Shown here piece after piece: positions 24,114-36,485 of a stretch of 64,000 nt of DNA. Source of the DNA: Adineta vaga (lineage: Eukaryota > Animalia > Rotifera); NCBI GenBank assembly GCA_021613535.1, contig CP075492.1:18042001-18106000 (forward strand), written 5' to 3'. Both the position numbers and the translations under genes were made by a program. Under the pieces are notes generated by a model. The model did no database searches, had not been told where the DNA came from, and saw only the letters and a list, made by a program, of their open reading frames with translations. Every line of letters begins with the position of its first letter. Position 1 is the stretch's first letter.

Positions 24114-24459
24114 TCTGACAGGTTAGTAAAAAAAAGGAGAAAAATCTCATTATGCAAATAATAAGAAAGTGTATAATAAGGCGATATGTTCTTTTAGATT
24201 AGCTTGTTGAGGATCGAATCTCAACAACACGAAGAACAATAATCGATGATTTTTTGCTTTTTGTCTTGTATAGCATAACATTGATTATTGCTTTGATTTT
24301 TATGCCGCGATCATTAATAAATATCATGTTACTAACAGAATAATAACCTTCTTCCATCATAGATGATCAATTAGATATTTATTTAAGGGTGTACGATGTG
24401 GGCGTCTTTTCTGCATCCCCTCCCCCCCCAGTCTCAGTTATTTAGTTACAATCGCTTAT

Positions 24460-24750
24460 AGTATGAATGTTAAGTGACAGTATCATACAGCTTCTGTATT
24501 AACAAACGATAAAGTATTATGGTCACCAATGGATAGTTTTGGTGGTAAGATATATGATAGTGCTGAATTATATGATTCAGTAAAAGATATTTGGATAGAA
24601 ACTGATAGAATGGCAAATAAAAGACATAATCATATTGGAGTTTTATTGAACAATAGAAAAGTATTCACAAGTGGTGGATTTGATGGTACTAGTGCTTTCA
24701 AAAATACAGAGTTATATGATCCATATCAATGAAAATGTGGACAATTGCAG
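24460..24750 (+). pseudogene. Kelch-repeat gene fragment
   Basis: HTASVLTNDKVL...SAELYDS...W...M...RHNHIGVLLNNRKVFTSGGFDG...TELYDP, with a stop and frameshifts. Confidence 0.75.
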
Positions 24751-24764
24751 ATAATAAACGCGAA

Positions 24765-24813
24765 TTGAGGGTGGGTGTGAGTGTGGTAAAGAAAATAACA
24801 CTCAGACATCCCC
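24765..24813. repeat. Telomeric-repeat hairpin H12
   Basis: TTGAGGGTGGGTGTGAGTGTGG...ACACTCAGACATCCC. Confidence 0.7.
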
Positions 24814-24969
24814 AAGCTCTCCATTAGTTTCAACAAGCAATCACAATTCAAGAATTAAATTTTGCCAATAATGATGACCTTGCTATTAAACTTGTTTAGT
24901 ATCAAATGGGAGATTCATATTGTCGTTTGAACACAATTTGATAAAATATCGATACTGATGATGATATAG

Positions 24970-25089
24970 ATCTTGAGGGTGTGGGTGTAGCTGTGAGTGG
25001 AGAAGAGATACCCACACCTACCATCTTGAGGGTGTGGGTGAGGGTGTGGGGAAAGAAAAGATACTTTGACCAACAACCACCCACATCCT
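24970..25089. repeat. Tandem pair of telomeric-repeat hairpins H13
   Basis: ATCTTGAGGGTGTGGG at 24970 and 25023, each followed by a loop and a CCCACA-type arm. Confidence 0.88.
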
Positions 25090-25150
25090 GACTAGAAAAA
25101 TGAATGTATTGAAGGTTGTGCAATGATATGACTTAGTTGTTCGAAGGAAA

Positions 25151-28100
25151 CTATGTCACTGTTGTGGATGGTACGAAATGTTTTTTCTTTAATTTCGTTA
25201 AAATGAATCGAAAAATGAACATTTTCGATAAATTTGTTGTTTGAAATTCTTTCAAATAATTTGTAGATGGTAAAACAAATAGAACAAAACCGAGTGTTTG
25301 TGGTGCATAAGCAACAAGATAAGCGATGAGTAAGAGATGTTTTTGCCATAATGATAAATCTACACATGAAAAACTAAATGAAAAAATTGATTGCGGTAAA
25401 CCACTGATGATAATGACTAATGGAACGATATACATTTCTTTTTGATTTTGAAATTGTCGTTGAAGATATTTGATAAATGTTTCCGAGTTATTTGTTGCAC
25501 GAGAACGACTACGTGCAGCTAATACAATCAATACAGTTATTGATAAGATTTGAATAAAAAATGGAATAATATAATGAAGAATGACAGTAATACGTTCATA
25601 GGTTGATACAATCGATGGATAACTGACAATACAAGCCGATTCTCCACTTGGATCTTTAATATAGAAGAATAATTCATGAATATCCATAACTGCAACAATA
25701 ATTAATGTCAGTAAACTTATGATTATCGTAAGACGAATATTTTTAAGTAAAGTTGAAAAAGGTAATAAGATACAACACATACGTATTATCGCAACCCAAC
25801 TAATCAACCAAAATGAACATCGAATAGTCGTCGAAAGTGCATACGAGATAATTTTACATAAAATATTATTCATTAAAAAATTCAAAATTATTTGAAGACT
25901 TTTGAAAATTAATGAAAATAATGTCAATTGACTAACTACTGAAAAGAAAAGAAGATAAATTCCAACGTTTGTTTTTCGTAAATTTGGTTGACTAAATGTA
26001 ATTAATGTTGCATAATTAGTTATTCCACCAAAAATAAACATCAGAAAAACCATAATACAATAGATTATTTGATAAACATGAGAAACGCGAAGAAGAGCTG
26101 AATGAAGTGTAAAACTTAATCCATCATCAATAAATTGACATAATCGACCCGAACGACATGTTGGACAAAGACAAAGATAATTATCTGTATGTAAACGATT
26201 TTCAATTAAACATTGACCATCAGCATAACAGAATGAACATCGTTCAATATTATGATCATAATTAAAACATTCCACACGATAATGATCTTCATCGCAAATG
26301 CATAAAAAATTATGATCATAAAAGCAGATTAAACTTGAATTCTTTCGACAAAGATGATGATACTTATATGCATGAATTTCATACTCATTTTTTGGAAATA
26401 ACATACGAACATTTATGCAACGATTAATTTCACTCATTTTTGTTGCAGCATTAACAGACGCGGGATTGTTCTGTAATGAAATAATGTGAATACTAACTTG
26501 ATTAATATCGATGTATTGTTTAGCTAAGATAATGTCAGGTGGTTTGATTTCACTTTGAAAATCGGTCAGTTGACTAGGAAGTCGTTGGTAGACACGTTGG
26601 GAAATTAAAATCAGTTTTAATGTAGAGAGATCTATTCGAAAATATTGAATAATTATCGCTTTATATTCAACAGTTACATTGACAGAGAAAGAAATTATTT
26701 GTTTTAATAATTCACATCGTTTTCCATAGTATAAATTGGTACACATACAATAATATTCAGTTGGTCTAATTGAAGTGAGACAAGTACCATTATTTTTACA
26801 AGGATTTTGATTACACTGATCGTATAAAAGTTCACATCGGTAACCATAACGTTCTGACGAACAAATACAGTATACAGATCGATAACTTCGTCGATACAAT
26901 GCATTTCCGAAACAATAACTTTGATTAGAACTATGATTGAACGAAGAACAAATGTAATTATATGGTGGATTGAAAAGTTGATGACATTGATAATGCTTTT
27001 CACAGGGATTGTTTGAACATGGATTGTACATATTGTCAGTGTTATTTAAACGCAGAATTTTAGCAAGACGAAATGACGGAAGATAATCGAAATAGATCGG
27101 ATATTTCCATATGCCAATAAACAATGGTTTTGCATTTTCATTTAATTCATAAGCTTCAATTTGAACTGAATAAGGCTGTTCATTGATAATGTTTGATCGA
27201 TTGAAGTATCGCTGTCGTTTTCTTTCCAGCGATGTATTCGTTCGCGAATAAAGAAAACGAATGATTTGTTTCTTTGGACTGGTGATTTCAATAGCTGGTC
27301 GGACATGAAATTCTTTCATAGAAAAAGTTTCATTCTCATATAAAAGTATAACAAGCATTTTTAATACCGTTGTTGAATTTGTATCAATCGTATAGTTAGA
27401 ATTCGAAAGATTTAAACTAAGAATAACAGTGAATTGATCACTATAAAATTGACATTTGTCACCATAATATTGTTCAGGACAAAAGCAAACAATTGAATCA
27501 TTGTATGTATAGATGCCAACACCACGATTACATAGGTAAGCAATCGGCGAAGATATATTGTTGACTATATGGATACTTTTGACAGTTTTTGACATTGTAG
27601 AGTTGTGTATACTGATGTTTGATATTGTTTTTATTGCGTAAGCAAACGTTGGTAGATTCAAGTACTTTAGAACCATCGTAGCAATGTTTTTTTTCTGAAT
27701 GCGATAATTACTTTCAATAGTTTTACGTTCGACATTTGGAATTTGACAATAATATTCATCTTCTCCATGTAAACAGTCTGACTCCTCATTACACCATCCT
27801 TCTTCAATACAAGTCCCATTCCAACACTGAAAATCATTACCATGATTACAGCCATTAGGCTCTTCTGAACCAATGCACATTTGTTGATCATCAGTGATAT
27901 TGGGACATCTGATGATACAAACATCATAAAAGTCAATGCAAGTTTTAGTCGACAGACATTGGAAGGCGTATCCAAGCATATGTCTCTGGCTGCAATATTC
28001 CATTGTGTTTCGTTCGTCCATAGCACCCAAGCAATCAGGATGACCATCGCCAACTTTTTTCAAACTGATACACGGACGTGATTGATTAGTGTTGGTTAAT

Positions 28101-30169
28101 AAATGAGAAGAATTAAGTGGAAAACATGGAAGTTCTGTGTTGAAATTGCAAATATTCCAAAATGGTTTCTCATCATAACGTGTTTGAAAATTTTCTTGTA
28201 AAATAGAACTATTGATTAGATTGCTATTATGTGACGATAATGAGTAATTAGTAAAGAACATTCCTTGTTCGTCTGAAGCATCCGAGCAATCCCATTCTCC
28301 ATCTAGAACCCAAGTAACATCAATACATTGTCCTGAATGACATTGCCACTGATCTTTAGAGCAGATCCACCAATCTTTACAAATATTACGATCTTCATCT
28401 GTTTGTAATTCCACGTCCCAAAATGTATTACAATATGCACGAAACGACAGATTTTCCACAAACTGAGATACTTGGTCAATTTTCCATGAATTTGTAATGT
28501 ATTGTCTAAGCATTGCGCGATCACTGTTGTATCTACTATCGTAATTTAATTTTGACAGAAGTATTTCATCATAATTATTGTTGCAATCTTGTATATTATC
28601 ATTGAAAAAGCTGATAGGTAAACATGTTGGCTGTTCGGAAGAACATCGAAAACGATGTCGCCGCATTCTTAAACATGTCTTCAATACTAAATTTCTATGG
28701 ATCTCGGCTTCGTCCATCCGATCTGCGCAATCAACAAATCCATCTGCTATGCGATACGCGGAGATACATTCTTTCGTACGATTACATACGTCAATGACAT
28801 TATATGATTGATTTGTGAATGTTTGAGAGTCATTGTAACAAAATTGATCATAACCATCTCCAAAAATGGAAGAATTCATTGCTTGAGACATACATATAAA
28901 TTGTTCCCAACCATAAAGAGATTGAACTGTAAAATCTGACATATTCGTGCTGTAATGTTGGATTAGATATTGTCGACATTTAATAGTTGCATTGAGCATG
29001 ATAAAATCAACTGTATAGTCGTCTTCCCATGAACACCGCTCGATGTTATAAAAATGATACATATAAGGACCAATTATTGAACCTGTAGGATATTGAATAA
29101 ATGATGAATGACAATAATTTCTTAGCTGTTCAACATAGTCGTTGCCAATATTCATAGAAACACAATTCTTTTCTGCTCCACTCGAAAGAGCACATTTCAA
29201 GAAATAGATGCATAGTTCAGTATCGGTTTGGTTTAAAACATTGACCTCCTGATAATCGTAGCCTGAATAACATCTGCCATTGGGTAAAGTCCATTGTGCA
29301 TCGAGGCTATGGGTTTCGCACATGTAATATTGCTCACGATAACTTTTACATGTTTCTGCCATACTCGGGGACCTCTGGAAAGCTAGACGATTGTTAATGC
29401 ATTGCCCATCGCCACAAGAATATTGAAATCTTAAACACACGCGATCATCACATTCCATACTAGCTTGCTGAAATGTACAATCAAAATCAGCCTTATAGCC
29501 AATTTCATCTGTCATATCCATACAATCATAATCACCATCAAGAAAATATTCATCAGGTATACACATTCCATTCACACATCGATATTCATCATCATCTTCA
29601 CATTCATTAAATTCCAATTTATCACAATTTTCTTCATCATAACCGAACATACATTGTTGAACGCCATCACAAATATCTCGCCAATCAAGACACAATAGAC
29701 CTGAATCACATGTTAATGTTTTATAACATAAAATATCACCATATATCTGCATGTCATTGTCATTCTTCTTTCTCTCTTCTAATTCCCATTGAAGTGTTTC
29801 TTCGAATGTCGTACCCATTGGTAACATATATTCACAATGTCTTCCGAACGATTGCCTATTTGTACATTCACATATGTACTTATTGTGTTCGTTAGTCATA
29901 TAATTCCAGTTATGTAGAATAAAACTCGTATTGATGGAATTACTCATCAATGAAGTGAATGCATGAATTTTACCATCATTATAGCAGTACTGTGTATCAT
30001 TATCTCGTTGTAGAACGATTGGCTCATTTGGACGACGGCAATATAGAAGATCTTGATGATATATACAATCATAAAATTCTGCTGTTAAACTATCTTCAGT
30101 ATGATAGATGTAAACATGTGTTTGAGCAATAGATAAAAGAAATATTATATGTACTGTTTGTATCAGCAT
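25151..30169 (-). CDS. LDLa/EGF-repeat ectodomain rhodopsin-like 7TM receptor (1672 aa, single ORF)
   Basis: Signal peptide, multiple LDLa repeats (CLDWRDICDG, WVLDGEWDCSDASDE), EGF repeats, C-terminal 7TM region. Confidence 0.9.
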   Translation of the reverse strand: MLIQTVHIIFLLSIAQTHVYIYHTEDSLTAEFYDCIYHQDLLYCRRPNEPIVLQRDNDTQYCYNDGKIHAFTSLMSNSINTSFILHNWNYMTNEHNKYICECTNRQSFGRHCEYMLPMGTTFEETLQWELEERKKNDNDMQIYGDILCYKTLTCDSGLLCLDWRDICDGVQQCMFGYDEENCDKLEFNECEDDDEYRCVNGMCIPDEYFLDGDYDCMDMTDEIGYKADFDCTFQQASMECDDRVCLRFQYSCGDGQCINNRLAFQRSPSMAETCKSYREQYYMCETHSLDAQWTLPNGRCYSGYDYQEVNVLNQTDTELCIYFLKCALSSGAEKNCVSMNIGNDYVEQLRNYCHSSFIQYPTGSIIGPYMYHFYNIERCSWEDDYTVDFIMLNATIKCRQYLIQHYSTNMSDFTVQSLYGWEQFICMSQAMNSSIFGDGYDQFCYNDSQTFTNQSYNVIDVCNRTKECISAYRIADGFVDCADRMDEAEIHRNLVLKTCLRMRRHRFRCSSEQPTCLPISFFNDNIQDCNNNYDEILLSKLNYDSRYNSDRAMLRQYITNSWKIDQVSQFVENLSFRAYCNTFWDVELQTDEDRNICKDWWICSKDQWQCHSGQCIDVTWVLDGEWDCSDASDEQGMFFTNYSLSSHNSNLINSSILQENFQTRYDEKPFWNICNFNTELPCFPLNSSHLLTNTNQSRPCISLKKVGDGHPDCLGAMDERNTMEYCSQRHMLGYAFQCLSTKTCIDFYDVCIIRCPNITDDQQMCIGSEEPNGCNHGNDFQCWNGTCIEEGWCNEESDCLHGEDEYYCQIPNVERKTIESNYRIQKKNIATMVLKYLNLPTFAYAIKTISNISIHNSTMSKTVKSIHIVNNISSPIAYLCNRGVGIYTYNDSIVCFCPEQYYGDKCQFYSDQFTVILSLNLSNSNYTIDTNSTTVLKMLVILLYENETFSMKEFHVRPAIEITSPKKQIIRFLYSRTNTSLERKRQRYFNRSNIINEQPYSVQIEAYELNENAKPLFIGIWKYPIYFDYLPSFRLAKILRLNNTDNMYNPCSNNPCEKHYQCHQLFNPPYNYICSSFNHSSNQSYCFGNALYRRSYRSVYCICSSERYGYRCELLYDQCNQNPCKNNGTCLTSIRPTEYYCMCTNLYYGKRCELLKQIISFSVNVTVEYKAIIIQYFRIDLSTLKLILISQRVYQRLPSQLTDFQSEIKPPDIILAKQYIDINQVSIHIISLQNNPASVNAATKMSEINRCINVRMLFPKNEYEIHAYKYHHLCRKNSSLICFYDHNFLCICDEDHYRVECFNYDHNIERCSFCYADGQCLIENRLHTDNYLCLCPTCRSGRLCQFIDDGLSFTLHSALLRVSHVYQIIYCIMVFLMFIFGGITNYATLITFSQPNLRKTNVGIYLLFFSVVSQLTLFSLIFKSLQIILNFLMNNILCKIISYALSTTIRCSFWLISWVAIIRMCCILLPFSTLLKNIRLTIIISLLTLIIVAVMDIHELFFYIKDPSGESACIVSYPSIVSTYERITVILHYIIPFFIQILSITVLIVLAARSRSRATNNSETFIKYLQRQFQNQKEMYIVPLVIIISGLPQSIFSFSFSCVDLSLWQKHLLLIAYLVAYAPQTLGFVLFVLPSTNYLKEFQTTNLSKMFIFRFILTKLKKKHFVPSTTVT

Positions 30170-30460
30170 AATTTCTAGTATTCAAATCTGTCAGAAAAAC
30201 TTTATGAATAATATTCTTTTATTGTTACAGTTTACTGTTATTTTATTTATCAATTTTTTTCACCTATTTATCACGTTGAACTCATAGAAATATATTTAGT
30301 TTCAAGTTACCTATTGTGTACACACGTTTATAAAATACAATGTAGAAAAGGTCAGAAAAATTAGTACCAAATTCGAGTATTTTTTCTCTCTAAAAAATTA
30401 TGCTGGTAAAAAAATTCAATGTTTTCTAAAGCATCTAGAAAACTCAATATGTGATTCTTG

Positions 30461-30530
30461 ATCTTGATGGTGTGGGTGTGGGCGTGGGTGAGAGAAGAAA
30501 GTACACCCACCCACCCACACCCTAACAGAT
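30461..30530. repeat. Telomeric-repeat hairpin H14
   Basis: ATCTTGATGGTGTGGGTGTGGGCGTGGG...CACCCACCCACCCACACCCTAACAGAT. Confidence 0.88.
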
Positions 30531-30870
30531 GCACATGAGTGTTGAATTTCAGCTCTTATCTATCAAATGTGTCTTCTTTTCTTCTAAACGATAAGAATCA
30601 ACAAAAAGTCCTCATTTCAAAACAATATATAGGTCAAAGAAATAGGTCACTAGATCGAAAGAAAGTATACCGACTTTCCAAAGATTTTTTTCATATAGTT
30701 TTGTGATAAATTATAAGTTGAGTAGTCACAATCATGGGATAGAATGAGAAGATTAATTCATTGCAAATAAAAGAAAAAAGTGTCTGTCATCACTTTAAAC
30801 TGATAAGATTCTCGTGTTGAAAAAGATATGAAAATAAATTCTCGTCATTTTATTCAACAATTTCATTATA

Positions 30871-31940
30871 ATGTTGATTCTACCTATTCTTCTGTTCTTA
30901 CAATGCATTGTCTTAACAATATCAACTTCATACTTTGCTATTCAACCAATACAACGAGGGTATAGAATTATACATTGTTCTTATATATTCTATTTATTCT
31001 ATTTTATAGACCTCCATATGTTGGTACTATCGATACATTTGATCCTCAATCATTATCACTTAATTTTTATTCAAATTTTTCATTTTATCTTCCCCCAATT
31101 AATCAAACAGATTTTTATTGGTTTAGTCCAGGTCCTGTTGTTGTTATAGACAAGAATCAATCAACAATCATAACAGCTCTTCAAGCTATTGATACTAACA
31201 CACCATTACATTTATTTCGATATAATATTCCAACAAAAACCTATATCCAAAGTTCATGGATGATAAATCATTCAAATTTTGATTATTTACATTATGATTC
31301 ACATCGTCAACGTTTATTTGGTTTACGTGAAGTTAATATATCTGTACTTGTTCTTGAAGAATATAATACAGCAACATTAAATTTTGTTCAACAATATACA
31401 CAATTAGATCGCTCAAAATACGGATATCCTCCTCAAGTATCAATATTTGATCAAGATGAAAATTGGATTATTGATATTCGAATAGCAGTTAAAACTCCTA
31501 ATTCTATTTATTTTATGAAAATGGATTTAAATCTTGTTGGAAAAAGTGATAATATTGTTACTGATTATCATAAAATATCAAAACATGGTTCACTTATTTC
31601 AATGACATATGATATTAAAACAAAACGTGCATTTGTTTTATGGAATATTGATACAATTAAAACAAATCTTGTTATGACTTATATGGATCCTCATACAGGT
31701 GAATTTCATCAAGAAAAACCATTTTTTAAAGCACAAGGATTATGGTACATTAATAATATTCAAGATCTTTTTGATGAATCAACTCGTCAAATATTATTTT
31801 TTATACAATTATCTGATTTACCAGCTTCACAAAGTGATGCATATATTATTCAAGTAGATTTTGATACAATGAAAATCATAAAACAAACACGAATTTATCC
31901 GAACTTTTTGCCTATTCAATGGAGTTTTTTTTGTTTGTGA
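30871..31940 (+). CDS. Secreted protein of unknown function, possibly beta-propeller (exons 30871-30959, 31010-31940)
   Basis: Signal peptide; a 50-nt GT-AG intron joins the two ORFs in frame (GG|A CCT CCA); beta-rich sequence. Confidence 0.75.
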
Positions 31941-33181
31941 TTGATTCATTCGAACATAGAATTCAACAATTATTTCTTTGTCAGAAATTGTTAATCCATC
32001 AAATAATTCTCTATCTAAATAAATGTTGTTCGATTAATAGCTTCTTTACCAAGAAATTCAGTAGTATAATTAGTCAGTAGATAAGTAATAGCGACGTTCA
32101 TTCAGTTTTTAATTAATCTTGAGTGAGTATAGTATAGTTGAAGTTAAAAAAAAGAAAAAGAAAAGTAAAGTATTATGTAGCAAGTCAAGTACATTTGTCA
32201 TATTGTGTTAACAAAATTTTTAACATTGAAACAATTCATCTAATGATAAAAATCACCCAGTAAAAAGACAAAGATTCTGAATTTTTGATATTATTTATAG
32301 TTTACTATATATTCTTTTATATAATTATATTTTTCTCGTTGATTTAGTTGTTATTCATCTGACAAAAAAGTTTTTCTTCTGAATTATCAAGTATAGAAGT
32401 CAATTTATTTTTAATTAAAATAATAGAATACTTTCTCGTTTTTTCTTTCTATAGCATTTTGATAATTATTTTTTTCAATCTTACTGATGAATGTCAATCC
32501 GAAATAGTTCTTCTTTTATTTTAATGATAGATCAGAAAACCTTATAAGAACTAATGAAAATTTGTAAGTTCTATCTGTTATAGTACAAAAGGACTCGCAG
32601 ATCATATAGTTCCATTTGTGGATAATACCATTCGAACAGTTATTCTAAGCCAAATTTGAACTTGAGATTATCGTATTCTGGATAATTATAATTTAAAATT
32701 TTGTATCGTTTAGATTTATTAAAAAATCCTTTGTTCGATCTATTTTAGTTCAGTTTCGTCTACGAATTGCAATTTTTTCAAAATGATAATTGTTAGCTTT
32801 GTGTTGATCTTCTGTATCTTATCTCAATTATATATGTCACCATATTTAGAAATATTGATTCATTCTTCCAGTCTAAAAATTCCTTTGATGAAACTTAAAA
32901 TAGATGCACGAATTTTATATGATCACATGAAAAAGAAAATAATTAATAGATTAAAATGAAGCAAATAGATATATTTATAAGAATGGACTTTGAAATAGTC
33001 ATCAATTTCAATCCAATTAGTGGAGTAGTTGAGCTGCTTATGATAATCAGTTTAAATTTGACTAATATCTCTTCCATAAGAATCTATTATTAAGATATAT
33101 TATTTTAAATCGTAAAATTCTAGATAAAAAAGTGAGACTCTTCTTGTTTTTAGGTATATTTTATTATACATTCACAACAAT

Positions 33182-34192
33182 ATGTCGACAGACTCTACAC
33201 TTATTCTTATTCAAAGAACGATTACTCGTTATGTATTCCCTTTAATTCTTGGACTTGGTAATGTCGGAAATTTGTGCCTGATGGGAATTTATTTACAAAA
33301 AAAGTTTCGAACAAATCCTTGTGCAATCTATCTAATAGCATCGTCATTTTTCTGTTTAATGGGTGCTAACTGGAGTATGATTCCACTTATATATTCACTA
33401 GATAATTACGATTTAGTAAATAATTCATTAGTATTTTGTCGTATTCGCGGTTATATCTTGCAAACTTGTGCACAATGTTTTCGTTATATATTGGTGTTAA
33501 GATGTGCTGATCGTTATGCTTTAGCTAACAATCGCGTATCTATTCGAGCATTAAGTCGACCACAAATTGCATATCGTGCTACTGTTGTTATTATAGGCAT
33601 TTGGAGTGTACTTTCTATTCAACTTCTTATTTGGGAAACTATCGAGAATGGACGATGTGGTGTATATGGACTTTTTGGACAGATATTCATTAGTTATCTT
33701 ACAATTTTTGGTGCCATACTACCTCTTCTACTAGTTACTATCTTGGGTATATTACTTATGAATAATTTACATAAGTTACACACACGAATTGATGCAATTA
33801 ACAGCAGTCATCGTTTAAATAAACGAGAGACATCATTAATGAGACTTGTGTTGGCAGAAGTCATTGTCTATATTATGTGCACATTCATGTTTCCAATAAT
33901 GCAAATCTATTACCAGATAACGACGAGCACGTCAATGAATAAATCTAATGAACAAAAGCAAATTGAATCGTTTCTTAATTTTATCTCTCAATCATTATTA
34001 TCATACTTGAATTATAACACAACATTCTACATTTATATTATTACATCGAAATCATTTCGAAATGAAATTAAACAAATAGTTGTGAAATGTATTCAAAAAT
34101 TAAAAAAAAATACAACGACTCATGAAACTGGATTAGTTCCTGTCGGCAGACGACAAACAGAACAACAGCCGCATATCATTACAGTTGTCTGA
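33182..34192 (+). CDS. Rhodopsin-like (class A) GPCR
   Basis: GNVGN in TM1, FCRIR in TM3, ADRY motif, seven TM segments. Confidence 0.9.
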   Translation: MSTDSTLILIQRTITRYVFPLILGLGNVGNLCLMGIYLQKKFRTNPCAIYLIASSFFCLMGANWSMIPLIYSLDNYDLVNNSLVFCRIRGYILQTCAQCFRYILVLRCADRYALANNRVSIRALSRPQIAYRATVVIIGIWSVLSIQLLIWETIENGRCGVYGLFGQIFISYLTIFGAILPLLLVTILGILLMNNLHKLHTRIDAINSSHRLNKRETSLMRLVLAEVIVYIMCTFMFPIMQIYYQITTSTSMNKSNEQKQIESFLNFISQSLLSYLNYNTTFYIYIITSKSFRNEIKQIVVKCIQKLKKNTTTHETGLVPVGRRQTEQQPHIITVV

Positions 34193-34773
34193 AAATATTG
34201 ACGAATATAGGATAAGTGAGGAAGAAACTTGGAGTCGAACATCGCACGTATCCTGCGTATGTATGATCTATTTACATTAATTATGTAGGATTTATTCCTT
34301 AAATGCTAAAACAAAAAAATAAAATAAATGCGAAAACTTCGGATTTTATTCGAAAACTAAGTGTACTACAGAAAGTGTATGAAATAGAAGACACAGCGAT
34401 TCTTCTTCAGATCTAACTAGAGACTTATTTGCAGATAAAATACTGGACGATTTTGATCCGGATCAATTAAAAATGAATAGTTGCTCTCGATGTCATTTGT
34501 CTGTTCTACTTCTTGTTATGATAGTTATCAATTTATTTTGCCACTTAGTATAGAATTGGGAATGTCGATCAAACACTCTTGAATAATTTCTTATTACTAT
34601 TATATTTTCTTAAAATAGAATCGGGATAGTCATAATTTATTTCGTAATCAAAAATTCATCTTGTTTTGAATATAATAACAAAACATGATCATGACATTCA
34701 TACTTATAGAAATTTCAGATTGAAAAGTAGCGAAAACTCAAAGTGTAATAACGAGAAATACTGAAGTAGATAT

Positions 34774-35344
34774 CTATTTAATTCGTTGTTGATCGCATGT
34801 GTTATTTGTACAACATGTACTTGGTCCAGGATTCAATCTTGCTACACAAGACATTGCAGCATAGTTATATTGTCGACAGGTCATGAGTTGATCACGAAGT
34901 TTCGTTGCTGCCTGTATAACAGTTGCTAAATTTGCCGCTAGTGGTGAACCAATCTTGTCTAAGATTAGTTTAGTTGCCTCATTAGATGCTATTACTTTAT
35001 TCATAGAATCTATTGCCCAATCTATAAGAAGACAGAAATTAAGAGTAATGCAACGGCCTAAATTTTTCTTTCACTTTTTACCAACAATAATTCTTTACTA
35101 CAAAAACAATAGAATATTTTTAATAGAACCCACCTGGAGTGAACCAACTTGCCATTGTGCATCCGTGTTCTTTGTAACATCTATCGTGTTCATCACAACA
35201 ACCGCCATTAGGACCACAACTGCTAATGAGATAATCGCAACCGTACTTGTCTCGTTTTTGACGTAATCGACGATCAGTATTTTTAGAAATTGAACCAGCG
35301 TCAACTGTATAACTGGTATATAAAATTGTTAAGAAAATGACCAT
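34774..35344 (-). CDS. Small secreted phospholipase A2-like prepro-protein (exons 35344-35134, 35021-34774)
   Basis: Signal peptide, RQKR furin-type site, CCDEHDRCY matching the sPLA2 His-Asp motif CCxxHDxCY, Cys-rich C-terminus, in-frame phase-1 intron. Confidence 0.7.
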
Positions 35345-35925
35345 AAGACAATAATAATGCTGCGTTTTAGTAATTATTTCGTTGTTTTTTCAATGATAAC
35401 TTATAATAATCTATATTTTCGGTGCAATATATTATTTTGATTCCATACACAATACTCATGTGAAGTGCCCAAGCATAGTTTTATATGCCCTTTCTAAAGT
35501 TATGTAAATTAATAGTATATTATTATGTATAAGAAAATACAGATTTAAAAAAAAGACATTTACATAAATTATCGAATGCTTTTGTTTATCATTCAAGTGA
35601 AAAATTTTAAATACAAAACGACTCTAAATTGGAAGTAATATTATTCAGAAATCTATGAGCTGTACAAAGTATAATTATTCAAAAAGACCAGAATAATAGT
35701 AATATGGGCCATAACGTTTTGCTACCTTTTCTGATTGCATAGTATGAAAACTCATATATACATTATATTCATTCATTTCCATACGATGGTAGTATACAAA
35801 AACTACCACGAATAATCGCATTTTCAGCGGTGCGAATGTAGTTGAACATATGTTATTCACACGACATTTTCATCTACGATTTTCTTCGTTGTGTTTTATT
35901 AAAATATAGTAATACAATCAACTGC

Positions 35926-35969
35926 ATCAGGATGTGGATTAATGATAAACACCCACCCACCCTCAAGAT
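35926..35969. repeat. Telomeric-repeat hairpin H15
   Basis: AGGATGTGG...ACACCCACCCACCCTCAAGAT. Confidence 0.75.
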
Positions 35970-36028
35970 TACTTCTTTGATACTGATTAGAAGAGTCATT
36001 TGTGCCTGTCTGTTTGTTTATTCATAGG

Positions 36029-36439
36029 ATGTTACCGTTTCGTCATTCATATGATTCTCCAGTGAAACCTCATCGATTCGATCGATACTTTTCTATCACG
36101 GATGCACTCATTGCCGGACAAACGAATACAGAAAGTATGCTGTTTTCATTAATTCGTGTTTCAAAATCTCTTGCATCACTATTGTCATTACCCAACAACT
36201 CGAATACTACCATCACTACTATTGAGCAATCAGCTTCGTCTCCAATACATCCTACTGATGATGAGTAAGACAGATTTAACTGTTCGATTTGTTTCGGTCG
36301 AACAATTCAATGCATCCTAATTCCATGTAAGCACATGTGTGCATTTAGTGAATGTGCGAAAGTGATTAAAGAAAAACAACAATCTCGTTGCCCAATCTGT
36401 AGACAAACATTTACTGAAATGTGGAATGTGTTCTTATAA
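36029..36439 (+). pseudogene. 3' fragment of a C-terminal RING-HC (C3HC4) E3 ligase gene
   Basis: After an in-frame TAA (36266): CSICFGR...ILIPCKHMCAFSECAK...CPICRQTFTEMWNVFL-stop. One Zn ligand appears lost and no 5' exons were found. Confidence 0.75.
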
Positions 36440-36485
36440 AATGAGATATCACTATCATTAGTTCAAATGCAAAATACTTCTCAAT

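Noticed and set aside
32484-32510. CTGATGA...GAAA resembling a hammerhead ribozyme core
   Set aside because: Stem II does not pair and no convincing stems I or III were found. The other CTGATGA sites checked (for example 2394 and 8737) also fail.
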